In this document: positions 36,448 to 46,199 of the stretch, piece after piece
Numbering within the stretch: the stretch's first letter is position 1
Layout: every line of letters starts with the position of its first letter
Assembly (NCBI GenBank): GCA_041690975.1
Contig: JBEPVO010000001.1
Span: forward strand, 811 to 64,810
Source: Alphaproteobacteria bacterium
Lineage (GTDB): Bacteria > Pseudomonadota > Alphaproteobacteria > Micropepsales > Micropepsaceae
Reading direction: 5' to 3'
DNA length: 64,000 nt
Notes under the pieces: model-generated
The model's input: the letters and a program-made list of their open reading frames with translations, nothing else
Told to the model about the DNA's origin: nothing
The model's database searches: none
Translations under genes and position numbers: made by a program

Positions 36448-36484
36448 GAAAGCCCATCCGGAGTGCAGCCCCGAATGGGCTTTC
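36448..36484. terminator. Probable bidirectional terminator hairpin between convergent ligase and metE
   Basis: GAAAGCCCAT...ATGGGCTTTC inverted repeat. Confidence 0.6.
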
Positions 36485-36494
36485 TCTGCAGATT

Positions 36495-38795
36495 TTAGGC
36501 GGACGGCCGGCCGGCGGTTTTTTCCAACCTGCTTCGAACCGCCTTCGCCGCCGCCACCATGGACACCAGCGCCGGCTTTACTTCCGCCCATCCGCGCGTC
36601 TTGAGACCGCAATCGGGATTGACCCAGAGCTGCTGCGGCGTCAGCACTTGCAACGCTTTTTCCAGCAACGCTTCCATCTCCTGCTGGCTGGGTACGCGCG
36701 GGGAGTGAATGTCATAGACCCCCGGCCCGATGTCGTTGGGATAGGAAAAGCCGACAAAGGCATCCAGCAGCTTCATCGCCGAACGCGACGTCTCAATGGA
36801 AATGACGTCCGCGTCCATCGCCGCCACGGCAGCGATGATGTCGTTGAAGTCCGAATAGCACATATGGGTGTGAATCTGGGTTTGCGGCTTCACCCCGCCC
36901 GCCGCAAGCCGGAACGCATCCACCGCCCAATCGAGATAGGCCTGCCATTCGGCCTTGCGGATCGGAAGCCCCTCGCGCAACGCCGCTTCGTCGATCTGGA
37001 TCATCTTCACACCGGCGCGCTCCAGATCCATGACTTCGTCGCGGATGGCGAGCGCGATCTGGCGGCAGGTATCGCGGCGCGGCTGGTCGTCGCGAACGAA
37101 GCTCCATTGCAGGATCGTGACCGGACCGGTCAACATGCCCTTCACCGGCTTTTGCGTATAGCGCTGGGCCGTCAGGGTCCATCGCACGGTCATGGGCTTG
37201 GGGCGGCTGACATCGCCGAAAATGATGGGCGGCTTGACGCAGCGTGAGCCATAGCTCTGGACCCAGGCGCGTTCGGTGAACGCGAAGCCCTGTAATTGCT
37301 CGCCGAAATATTCCACCATGTCGTTGCGCTCGAATTCGCCATGCACCGGAACGTCGATACCGATCGCGTCCTGCCAGCGCATGGCGTCGGCGGTCCAGTC
37401 TTCCAGCATTTGGTCATAGGCCTTCTCGTCGATCTGGCCTTTCTTGAAGCGCGCCCGCGCGTCACGCAGCTCCTTGGTCTGGGGTAGGGAGCCGATGCTA
37501 GTGGTGGGCAGCAGGGGCAAGTCCAGAAGCGATTGTTGCAGGCTGATGCGCTCGCGGAAGGCCGGAAGGCGCTGCGCCATTTGCGGGATCACTGAATCCA
37601 GGCGTTGCTTCACCGCCGGATCGTGGATGCGGGTGGAGGTGACGCGGCTTCCCACGGCGCGGGCGTTTTCCCGGAAAAAGTCGCCATCACGCTGCCCGTT
37701 GGCAGCACCCGCCAGGGCGGCGACTTCCCCCAGCTTCTGGGTGGCGAAGGCAAGCCAGCCTTTCATTTCGGCATCGAGCTTGGTTTCGGTTTCCAGATCC
37801 ACCGGCACGTGCAGCAGCGAACAGCTTGGCGCGATTATCAGCGTGTTGCCGCGAAGCATTCTGGCCCGTTCGATCAGGCGTTCGGCATCGGTCAGCGCTG
37901 TCTTCCAGATGTTGCGGCCATCGACCAGGCCCAGGGACAGGATGCGATCCGCCGGTAGCGCGCGACAGATTTTGTCGAGTTGGTCGGGCGCCCGCACTAG
38001 GTCGACATGCACACCCGCGACCGGCAGGCCGGCAAGGCATGGCAGATTGTCGCCCACCGCGCCAAAATAGGTCGCGAGCATGAGCTTGACCGGCAGCTTG
38101 CCCAGCACGGCATAGGCATCGGCGAATGCCGTGCGTGCGGCATCGTCCAGATCGGTGACCAGGACCGGTTCGTCGATCTGCACCCATTGCGCACCCGCCT
38201 GCGCCAAGGCACCGATCATTTGGGCGTAAAGCGGCAGGATTTTCGGCAGCAAGGCCCAACGGTCCGAGCCGTCGCGCAGTCTTGCAAGCTTGAGGAATGT
38301 CACCGGCCCGATCAGCACCGGACGCGTGGCGACCCCTAAGAATTTCGCTTCGTTATACTCGTCCAGCGCCTTAGAGCTGCCGGAGACGAACTGCGTGTCC
38401 GCATCCAGTTCCGGCACGATATAGTGATAGTTGGTGTCGAACCATTTGGTCATTTCCATCGCGCTAGCGTCCTGGCGTCCGCGCGCCATCGCGAAATAAA
38501 GCTCCAGTGAAACCGGCCCGCCGGAATAGCCGAACCGCGCCGGCACCGCGCCCAGCATCGCGATGGTGTCCAGCATCTGGTCATAGAGGGAAAAGTCGTT
38601 GGAGGGGACATGATCGATCCCCGCATGGTGTTGCGCGAACCAATGACGGGCACGAAGCGCCGCCGCGATCCTTTGCAACTCCTGGACCCTGATCGCGCCG
38701 GACCAGAAATTTTCGAGGGCTTGTTTCAGTTCGCGATGGCGGCCGATGCGGGGAAAGCCAAGATTGGCCGAACGAATGTCGGTTGAGACAGGCAT
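36495..38795 (-). CDS. metE: Cobalamin-independent methionine synthase
   Basis: NLGFPRIG, EMTKWFDTNYHY, HGEFERNDMVEYF, KGMLTGPVT, IHTHMCYS, GPGVYDIHSP, WVNPDCGLKTR; RBS GGAG before ATG 38795. Confidence 0.97.
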   Translation of the reverse strand: MPVSTDIRSANLGFPRIGRHRELKQALENFWSGAIRVQELQRIAAALRARHWFAQHHAGIDHVPSNDFSLYDQMLDTIAMLGAVPARFGYSGGPVSLELYFAMARGRQDASAMEMTKWFDTNYHYIVPELDADTQFVSGSSKALDEYNEAKFLGVATRPVLIGPVTFLKLARLRDGSDRWALLPKILPLYAQMIGALAQAGAQWVQIDEPVLVTDLDDAARTAFADAYAVLGKLPVKLMLATYFGAVGDNLPCLAGLPVAGVHVDLVRAPDQLDKICRALPADRILSLGLVDGRNIWKTALTDAERLIERARMLRGNTLIIAPSCSLLHVPVDLETETKLDAEMKGWLAFATQKLGEVAALAGAANGQRDGDFFRENARAVGSRVTSTRIHDPAVKQRLDSVIPQMAQRLPAFRERISLQQSLLDLPLLPTTSIGSLPQTKELRDARARFKKGQIDEKAYDQMLEDWTADAMRWQDAIGIDVPVHGEFERNDMVEYFGEQLQGFAFTERAWVQSYGSRCVKPPIIFGDVSRPKPMTVRWTLTAQRYTQKPVKGMLTGPVTILQWSFVRDDQPRRDTCRQIALAIRDEVMDLERAGVKMIQIDEAALREGLPIRKAEWQAYLDWAVDAFRLAAGGVKPQTQIHTHMCYSDFNDIIAAVAAMDADVISIETSRSAMKLLDAFVGFSYPNDIGPGVYDIHSPRVPSQQEMEALLEKALQVLTPQQLWVNPDCGLKTRGWAEVKPALVSMVAAAKAVRSRLEKTAGRPSA

Positions 38796-38933
38796 TGAGA
38801 TACACTCCGTTGGAGACATGGGTTGGCAAGGCGCGCGAGGTCCCTGTCGAAAGGACGGTCGTGCGCGTGTCACCGCATGGACGAAGTAATCGTTGCCGTC
38901 AGGAACCCGCCGTTCCCTGGCCTAAGCGTGACA

Positions 38934-39099
38934 CCCGATAGCAGGTCTCCTGGCTCGCGGGTCGTCGCTTTGGGCTGTCTTCCCGAACGCAGTTGCGTTC
39001 AGTGACGGTGTATCGGCCCTTGGCTCGCCGTTGACAGTTGCGGGGGCAGCTCCGGTTTCACACCGGATTCCCTATTAATCCCTTTCGGGAACTATCGGC
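38934..39099 (-). ncRNA. Cobalamin riboswitch upstream of metE
   Basis: Minus strand reads AGGGAATCCGGTG..ACCGGAGCTGCCCCCGCAACTGT..CACTG..GGGAAG..GAGCCAGGAGACCTGC; closing stem CCGATAG/CTATCGG; canonical position before metE. Confidence 0.93.
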
Positions 39100-39164
39100 G
39101 TGAAACTAGGATGCGCGGCGCGCCCCGTCAATCGCACGGGCGGGCGACAGGGCGTGGCATCGGC

Positions 39165-39542
39165 TCAGCTGCCCAATGCCTTCACAAGACCCACGATATG
39201 ACGGCGCAGAAGCGGATCGTTGATCGCCATGAAGCCATGGATGAGGCTTCGTCCTTCGGTCGATTTGGCAAAGCGCGCGAGATCCTTGCTGCTTCCGGTC
39301 GTCTGGGGTTGCTGATTGTCCAGTATCATCAATTCACTGACCGAGATGTTCAGGGCCCTGGAGATCTTGATGAGTGTCGCAGCCGAGACGCGATTGGTCC
39401 CGTTCTCGTATTTCTGGACTTGCTGGAATGAAACGCCGAGATGTTTGCCGAGCGCGGTCTGTGAAATGTTTGCGCGTTGGCGGTACATCTTGAGGCGTGC
39501 ACCGATAGCTTTATCAATGGAATGGGTGTTGGCCTTCGGCAC
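39165..39542 (-). CDS. XRE-family HTH transcriptional regulator
   Basis: IGARLKMYR..ISQTALGKHLGVSFQQVQKYENGTNRVS; GTG start with GAGG RBS. Confidence 0.88.
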   Translation of the reverse strand: MPKANTHSIDKAIGARLKMYRQRANISQTALGKHLGVSFQQVQKYENGTNRVSAATLIKISRALNISVSELMILDNQQPQTTGSSKDLARFAKSTEGRSLIHGFMAINDPLLRRHIVGLVKALGS

Positions 39543-39655
39543 GATACGCCCTCGATAATGATAGCGCCAAATACACGGCGCCGTGGCCACGATATGGCCT
39601 GTCACACGTCCTTGTCCATATGGGCTCAGACTGGCTGGCTTTGATGGGGGCGGTT

Positions 39656-41575
39656 TCAGGCGAACAATTTTGCGATGGCACCCGCCAGGTCCGTCTCGCT
39701 GAAAGGTTTGCCCAATTTCAGCAAATCCCGGGTCGCGCCGGCAGGTAGTTCCGCATAGCCCGTTGCCAAAATGACGGGCATTTTCGGCCAGCGCTCCCTG
39801 ATGGCGGCGATCAATTGCATGCCCGACATCTGCGGCATCGCCTGGTCGGTGATGACCAGATCCACGGGATTTTTCTCCAGTATATCAAGGGCCTCCTGGC
39901 CCGACCGGGCTTCCAATGCGGTATGGCCCAGATCCTCCAGCATGGCGATGGTGTTGAACAGCACCAGCCCGTCGTCATCTACCGCGAGAATCTTGAGGGC
40001 GGGTGCGGACCCTATGTCTGCCTGCGCCGCCGGATCGCCTTGGTCCGCCTTGAGAGCAGCGACCGGAATCCAGATCTCGGCTGTGGTGCCCTGGCCCGGG
40101 GTGCTGTTCAGGACAAACCGGCCGCCAATCTGTTCGGCCATACCGTGCACCATGGAGAGGCCCAGGCCGGTGCCCTTGCCCACGCCCTTGGTGGTGAAAA
40201 AAGGTTCGGCCGCACGCGCCAGAGTCTCCGCATCCATGCCTTCGCCATTATCGCTCACGGTGATGCAGACATAGCGCCCGGCAGGAAGCCCAACAGGATG
40301 GCCGGACTGAAATGTTTCTTCCCGCGCAGCGATGTTGATGACGCCGCCTTCGAGTGAGGCGTCGCGCGCATTGACCGTCAAATTCAGCAATGCCAGTTCG
40401 AGTTGATTTTCGTCGGCCTGAACTGGCGGCAGCGATGCCGGGAAACTGGTTTCGATCCGGACGTTGGGGCCGATGGATCTTTGCAGCAGATCGATCATGT
40501 TACCCATGAGGATTGGCAGATCGATCGATTTCGGCTCGATGGATTGGCGCCGCGCAAAAGACAGCATGCGCTGGGTGAGAACCGATCCGCGCTGAGCCCC
40601 CTGTATGGCATTGTCGAGCAGACGCGTGACCTGCGGGTCGTTCGGCAGCCGCTTCTTCGCCAGTTCCAAGCTGCCCAGGATCGCCATCAGCAGATTGTTG
40701 AAGTCATGCGCCACGCCGCCGGTCAGCTGGCCGATTGCGTCCATCTTCTGTGACTGGAACAGGGCTTCCTGTGCCAACTCAAGATCGCGCTGGTTCTTCT
40801 TGCGTTCCGTGATGTCGCGCGTGACCTTGGCGAAACCGACAACCTCGCCCTTCGGATCGCGGATCGGATCGATGATCACATGGGCGGTGAAGATGCTCCC
40901 ATCCTTGCGGACTCTGAAGCCTTCCTTTTCAAAGCGACCCTCACGTATCGCGGTGTCCAGCGCCCGTTGCGGTTCGCCGCGGGCACGGTCGTCCGGCGTA
41001 TAGAATTGGGAGAAATGCTGGCCGATGATCTCGTCGGGAAGGTAGCCCTTGATGCGCTGCGCGCCTTGATTCCAGCTCGAGATGTTTCCGTTAACATCCA
41101 GCATGTAGATCGCATAGTCGGTGACGCCTTGGACCAGAAGGCGAAATTGCTCTTCGCTGCGCTTCAATAATTCTTCAGATTGCCGTCTTTCGGTCAGGTC
41201 GCGGGTGATCTTGGCATAGCCGATCAGCTCGCCATTGGATTCCCGTATGGGATCGATGACCACATGCGCCCAGAAGCGCGTGCCATCCTTGCGGACCCGC
41301 CAGCCTTCGTTCTCAAATTTCCCTTCCCGCGCTGCAGTGTCCAGCGCGAATTGAGGCAGGCCGATTTCGAGATCTTCCGGCGTATAAAAACGGGAGAAAT
41401 GCTCGCCGATGATTTCCGCCGGCTCATAGCCCTTGAAGCGCCGGGCGCCGGGATTCCAACTTGTCACCACGCCCGTCGGGTCCAGCATATAGATGGCGTA
41501 ATCGGTCACCGCTTCGACGAGGAGCCGATAACGGCCTTCGTCGGTTTGCGACACGACAAAACGATCGGACAGCAA
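39656..41575 (-). CDS. Hybrid PAS-PAS sensor histidine kinase/receiver
   Basis: Two PAS-PAC repeats; H-box GGVAHDFNNLL; N/G boxes NARDA, EPFFTTKGVGKGTGLGL; receiver VDDD..TDQAMP..ATGY..KPF. Confidence 0.95.
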   Translation of the reverse strand: MLSDRFVVSQTDEGRYRLLVEAVTDYAIYMLDPTGVVTSWNPGARRFKGYEPAEIIGEHFSRFYTPEDLEIGLPQFALDTAAREGKFENEGWRVRKDGTRFWAHVVIDPIRESNGELIGYAKITRDLTERRQSEELLKRSEEQFRLLVQGVTDYAIYMLDVNGNISSWNQGAQRIKGYLPDEIIGQHFSQFYTPDDRARGEPQRALDTAIREGRFEKEGFRVRKDGSIFTAHVIIDPIRDPKGEVVGFAKVTRDITERKKNQRDLELAQEALFQSQKMDAIGQLTGGVAHDFNNLLMAILGSLELAKKRLPNDPQVTRLLDNAIQGAQRGSVLTQRMLSFARRQSIEPKSIDLPILMGNMIDLLQRSIGPNVRIETSFPASLPPVQADENQLELALLNLTVNARDASLEGGVINIAAREETFQSGHPVGLPAGRYVCITVSDNGEGMDAETLARAAEPFFTTKGVGKGTGLGLSMVHGMAEQIGGRFVLNSTPGQGTTAEIWIPVAALKADQGDPAAQADIGSAPALKILAVDDDGLVLFNTIAMLEDLGHTALEARSGQEALDILEKNPVDLVITDQAMPQMSGMQLIAAIRERWPKMPVILATGYAELPAGATRDLLKLGKPFSETDLAGAIAKLFA

Positions 41576-41677
41576 GAAAATCCCCGCGTTAACTGATCAA
41601 AACGCCCGCCGGCGCAAAAGGTTCCCTCAGATGTTCATGCCTGCCCGGTGGGCCATAATGGCGGGCAAATCGTAATG

Positions 41678-43003
41678 TCAGGCGACCTCGCGGATCGCTT
41701 TCGACAGCTTGGCGACCATGGTTTCGATATGGTCCCGCTCCAGGATCAGCGGCGGCGACAGGGCGATGATATCGCCGGTGACGCGCACCAGGAGGCCATC
41801 GGCAAAACATTTGAGGAAGACGTCATAACCGCGCGTGCCCGGCGCGCCCGGGCGCGACTTGAGTTCGATACCGGCGACCAGGCCGATGGTGCGGATGTCC
41901 GCCACATGTGGCAGATCCTTCAAGCCATGCATCGCGGTGCGCCAGTCTGGGGCCAGAGTGGCGCCGCGCGTGAGCAAGCCTTCTTTCTTGTAGATCTCCA
42001 GCGTCGCCAGTCCCGCGGCGCAGGCGGCGGGGTGACCGGAATAGGTATAGCCGTGGAAGAGTTCGATCTGCTCCGCCGGTCCTTGCATCAGTGCGTCGTA
42101 AACCGTGCGGCTGGCGAAAACCGCGCCCATGGGGATCGCGCCATTGGTGAGGCCTTTGGCGGTGGTGACCAGATCCGGAATGACGCCGAAATAATCCACC
42201 GCGAAAGGCGTGCCCATGCGGCCAAAGCCGGTGATGACTTCGTCGAAGATCAGCAGGATGCCGTATTTCTTGGTGATGGCGCGAAGTCGTTCCAGATAGC
42301 CTTTCGGCGGCAGCAGCACGCCGGTCGAACCCGCCACCGGCTCCACAATCACGGCTGCGATGGTCTCCGCGCCATGCAGCGCCACCATCTTTTCCAGATC
42401 GTCCGCCAGTTCGGCGCCATATTCCGGCAGGTCGAGCGAGAAGGCATTGCGCGCCAGATCATGGGTATGGCTGAGATGGTCCGCGCCTGGCAGCAACGGA
42501 AAGACGCGCCGGTTGTTGACCAGCCCGCCCACCGAGATGCCGCCAAAGCCCACGCCGTGATAGCCACGCTCGCGGCCGATCAGGCGCATACGGGTGCCCT
42601 GGCCGATGGCGCGCTGATAAGCGATTGCGATCTTGAGAGCGGTGTCGACCGCTTCCGAACCGGAGCCGGCGAAGAAGACGCGATCCAGTTGCGCAGCGGG
42701 ACCGCCGGGGCCCATGGCCGCCAGCTTTTCGGCGAATTCGAATGCGATGGGATGGCCCATCTGGAAGGTGGGCGCATAGTCGAGTTTTTCCAGCTGCCGC
42801 GTCACCGCCTCGGTGATCTCGCGCCGGCCATGGCCGGCATTGACGCACCAAAGCCCCGCCGTGCCATCCAGCACCTGGTTGCCGTCCACGTCGCGGTAAT
42901 ACATGCCCTGCGCGCTCTCAAGCAGGCGCGGTGTCTGCTTGAACTGCCGGTTGGCCGTGAACGGCATCCAGAAATTTTCAAGATTGCGTGTATTGGCCGC
43001 CAT
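41678..43003 (-). CDS. Omega-amino acid:pyruvate aminotransferase (class III PLP)
   Basis: FWMPFTANRQFK, GLWCVNAGH, GYHG, EPVAGSTG, IFDEVITGFGR, TAKGLTNG, HGYTYSGHP. Confidence 0.93.
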   Translation of the reverse strand: MAANTRNLENFWMPFTANRQFKQTPRLLESAQGMYYRDVDGNQVLDGTAGLWCVNAGHGRREITEAVTRQLEKLDYAPTFQMGHPIAFEFAEKLAAMGPGGPAAQLDRVFFAGSGSEAVDTALKIAIAYQRAIGQGTRMRLIGRERGYHGVGFGGISVGGLVNNRRVFPLLPGADHLSHTHDLARNAFSLDLPEYGAELADDLEKMVALHGAETIAAVIVEPVAGSTGVLLPPKGYLERLRAITKKYGILLIFDEVITGFGRMGTPFAVDYFGVIPDLVTTAKGLTNGAIPMGAVFASRTVYDALMQGPAEQIELFHGYTYSGHPAACAAGLATLEIYKKEGLLTRGATLAPDWRTAMHGLKDLPHVADIRTIGLVAGIELKSRPGAPGTRGYDVFLKCFADGLLVRVTGDIIALSPPLILERDHIETMVAKLSKAIREVA

Positions 43004-43163
43004 GGCGCCTCTCCCTGGTGATCGGCAACGGCTTGGGCAGCCACGGCCTGGATCGACCTTTTATATAGCCTGGCTTGCGGGACGGGTCATGATTCCCCGG
43101 GATTTGTTGACGCACGTCAGGGCTGCTTCCTAAGCTTGCCCCGACCACTCCAGGACTTTCCGG

Positions 43164-44306
43164 ATGACCGCTTTCCGTGCCGCCGATCTGCCCTTGGATA
43201 CCGCCGCGATGATGGCGACTTTGCAGCGCTGGGTGCAGTGCGAAAGCCCCAGCTATGACGCAGCAGCGGTCAGCCGCATGGCGGCCTTGGCGGCGGACGA
43301 GATGCAGGCGATGGGCGGCGCGGTGGAATGTGTGCCGGGAAGCCAAGGGTACGGCGATTGCGTGCGCGCACGTTTTGCGCAGCCTGGTGCTCCCGAAGGC
43401 GGCATCCTGCTGATGGGTCACCTGGATACCGTGCATCCGCTGGGCATGCTGAATGACATGCCCTGGCGCGAACAGGAAGGCCGCTGCCACGGACCCGGCA
43501 TCCTGGACATGAAGAGCGGCATTGTCCTGGCGCTGGCCGCCATTGCCGCGCTGCGGCATGCTGGGCTGATCCCGCCTTTGCCGATTACCGTCCTTTTGAA
43601 TTCCGACGAGGAGGTCGGCAGCCCCTCGACCCGCGCGCTGGTCGAGGCAGAAGCGGCGCGCCATCGCTGTGTCCTGATCCCCGAACCTGCCCGGCGCAGC
43701 GGCGGTGTTGTGGTGGGGCGTCATGCGGTCGCCCGCTACAAACTGGTAACGCGCGGCCGCCCGGCCCATGCGGGACTGCGCCTCAATGAAGGGCGCTCAG
43801 CGATCCAGGAGATGGCGCATCAGATCATCGCCATCGACCGGCTCAGCCAGCCCGACTGCACCTTTTCCACCGGCGTCATTCGCGGCGGCCAATGGGTCAA
43901 TTGCGTGGCGCGGGAGTGCGAAGCGGAGCTTTTATCGGTTTCCACCAGCGAAGCGGCGCTGGCGCGCGGCCGCCAGAGTTTGACGGATTTGCGCCCCACC
44001 GCGCCGGGTACGGAGATCGAATTGGTGCCGGGCGCCGTGCGGCCCTTCTGGCATACCGGCCAGGGCGATCAGGCGTTGTTCGAGACCGCCAGCCGTATCG
44101 CGGCCGATCAGGGATTCGATCTGGCCGGGGAGACATCAGGCGGCGGCTCGGACGGCAATTTCACTGGGGCGATGGGCATTCCCACTCTCGATGGATTGGG
44201 CGCGCGGGGCGATTTTCTGCACACGCGCGACGAGTATATCGAGATCAACAGCCTGGCAGAGCGGGGACGGCTGATGGCCGGTCTCTTGATGGAGTTGGGC
44301 GGGTAA
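43164..44306 (+). CDS. M20-family metallopeptidase (glutamate carboxypeptidase-like)
   Basis: GHLDTV, GPGILDMKSG, SDEEVGS, EP, AHAG, GGGSDGN, DGLG..H...E. Confidence 0.9.
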   Translation: MTAFRAADLPLDTAAMMATLQRWVQCESPSYDAAAVSRMAALAADEMQAMGGAVECVPGSQGYGDCVRARFAQPGAPEGGILLMGHLDTVHPLGMLNDMPWREQEGRCHGPGILDMKSGIVLALAAIAALRHAGLIPPLPITVLLNSDEEVGSPSTRALVEAEAARHRCVLIPEPARRSGGVVVGRHAVARYKLVTRGRPAHAGLRLNEGRSAIQEMAHQIIAIDRLSQPDCTFSTGVIRGGQWVNCVARECEAELLSVSTSEAALARGRQSLTDLRPTAPGTEIELVPGAVRPFWHTGQGDQALFETASRIAADQGFDLAGETSGGGSDGNFTGAMGIPTLDGLGARGDFLHTRDEYIEINSLAERGRLMAGLLMELGG

Positions 44307-44309
44307 GAT

Positions 44310-45065
44310 CTATGACGCGCCACCATCCACCGCGATGGTCGCGCCGTTGATGTAACCGGCCGCGCCGGACAGTAGGAAGACCACAGTGCCCGCGACTTCT
44401 TCTGCCGTGCCCGGCCGTCCGGTGGGAATTGCGCCCAGCATGCGGGCGCGATCGCTATCCGGCAGGGCGTCAAAGCGGTCGCGGATGCGGGTGCCTGGTT
44501 CGCCCAAGATCAAGCCGGGCGCAACCGAATTCACAGTGACGCCATCGGCAGCGCAATCCTTGGCGAGTTGTGCGGCAAAACCGATCAGCGCCGCTTTTGC
44601 CGCCGCATAGGGAAGGCGTGCGGTGACGGTGGTCGGCGGGCCTTTCTCGCCCCGCGCCAGAATGGACGAAAGCGTGACCACCCGGCCAAAGCCTTGCCGG
44701 CGCATGGTGGGCACCAGTGCACGGCAGAGCAGGAAGGTGCTGGTGACATTCAGCGCCATCACATGCTCCCAGGTGGAAAGCTCGGTCGATTCGAGATCGG
44801 GCGCGCGTATGGGCCCGGCGCCGCCCGCGATATGCACCAGGGCGTCGGCAGTGCCGAACAATTGTCCGGCATGTGCAGCAATCGCTATGACCTGTTCCGG
44901 GTCTGTGACATCCGCCGCGAACGGCGTGACGCCGGCCGGTATCAGCGATGGTGCGGTCAGATCGACAGCCAGGACGGTGCAACCTCTTTCGGCCAGCAGG
45001 CGCACCGTGGCGGCGCCGATCATGCCGCTGGCGCCTGTTACCACCGCCGATTTGACTTCACGCAT
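44310..45065 (-). CDS. SDR-family oxidoreductase
   Basis: VTGASGMIG, ADVT, YAAAK, VNSVAPG, YINGATIAVDGG. Confidence 0.92.
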   Translation of the reverse strand: MREVKSAVVTGASGMIGAATVRLLAERGCTVLAVDLTAPSLIPAGVTPFAADVTDPEQVIAIAAHAGQLFGTADALVHIAGGAGPIRAPDLESTELSTWEHVMALNVTSTFLLCRALVPTMRRQGFGRVVTLSSILARGEKGPPTTVTARLPYAAAKAALIGFAAQLAKDCAADGVTVNSVAPGLILGEPGTRIRDRFDALPDSDRARMLGAIPTGRPGTAEEVAGTVVFLLSGAAGYINGATIAVDGGAS

Positions 45066-45259
45066 GTGGGATATCTCCGGCGAGACTTTTTGCGCGCCTT
45101 GCGTTGGCTTGGCATCGGGGTTCTATCTTACAGGAGCGCGATCGCTATTCATCTCCCAGGTTGGTAAAAAGTAATCGGAAAAGCCGGAGCAAGCGTCTTG
45201 CCTGTCATGGAACAGGCAAGAATCTGTGCGATGGGTCGCCCAACCCTGGGGAACGCGTC

Positions 45260-45967
45260 ATGTCGAGAATGCATCGCCGTTTTTACGCCTGCGCTTCTGC
45301 GCTGCTTTTGTCCGTATGCCTGACTGGTGCGGCTCAAGCCGCGATGCTCGATCCGGCTGAGATTGATGCGGCCCAACTGTTGCCGCCGCCGCCCGTTGCC
45401 GGCTCGCCCGCGGCGAAGGCTGAAATTTCTGAACTGCACGCCATCGCGGCATCTCGTTCGCCTGAGCTTCTGGAAAAGGCCATACGCGATGACGGCGACG
45501 AGAAGCCCGATCTTTTCAACGCGGCGCTGGGCTTCGACATCGCCGCTTTACCTATTACCAACAAGCTGCTGAGCCAAGTCGAAAAGGAAGAAGACGTCGA
45601 CAGCAAGGTGGCCAAAAGCTACTTCCATCGCGACCGGCCCTGGATTGTCGATGCGTCGATCCAGACCTGTGTACCGGTCAAGCCGGGCCCGGCCGCCAAT
45701 TCCTATCCCAGCGGACATACTTCATTGGGTTTCGCCATGGGTGTCGTGCTGGCATCGCTGATGCCGGAAAAATCGCAAGTCATTCTGGCGCGGTCTTCCG
45801 AATTTGCAGAGCTTCGTCTTGTCTGCGGCGTGCATTTCCGCAGCGACATCGTCGCGGGGCAGCAATACGGTACCATCCTGGCACTGCGGTTGATGGAGAA
45901 GCCTGAATTCAAGGCCAATATGGAAGCGGCACGTGCCGAATTGCGGGCGGCGCATCACATCAATTGA
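45260..45967 (+). CDS. Secreted class A acid phosphatase (PAP2 family)
   Basis: Signal peptide; K..FHRDRP, SYPSGH, RLVCGVHFRSD. Confidence 0.88.
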   Translation: MSRMHRRFYACASALLLSVCLTGAAQAAMLDPAEIDAAQLLPPPPVAGSPAAKAEISELHAIAASRSPELLEKAIRDDGDEKPDLFNAALGFDIAALPITNKLLSQVEKEEDVDSKVAKSYFHRDRPWIVDASIQTCVPVKPGPAANSYPSGHTSLGFAMGVVLASLMPEKSQVILARSSEFAELRLVCGVHFRSDIVAGQQYGTILALRLMEKPEFKANMEAARAELRAAHHIN

Positions 45968-46199
45968 CCTTCGCGCGTAGGTGATTTCCTTCAAGCCAGC
46001 AAAACGCCCCGGCCAATAACCAGCCCGGCCAGAACGGTCAGCGTTGAACGGTTCGTCACGCAGAAGCCCGGCCCGTTGGTCGGGCTTCTCCTTATGTATG
46101 AGAGTGGCTGCTTTCCGGCATGGAAGTACCGCGGTTCAGCCGGTTGGGCATGGGAACGGAATGGTCTAGCATCCCGGCGCTTCCCTGGAGCCTGGCTTT

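Noticed and set aside
40800-41540. Internal DNA/protein repeat in the hybrid kinase
   Set aside because: Ordinary tandem PAS-PAC duplication, common in this kinase family.
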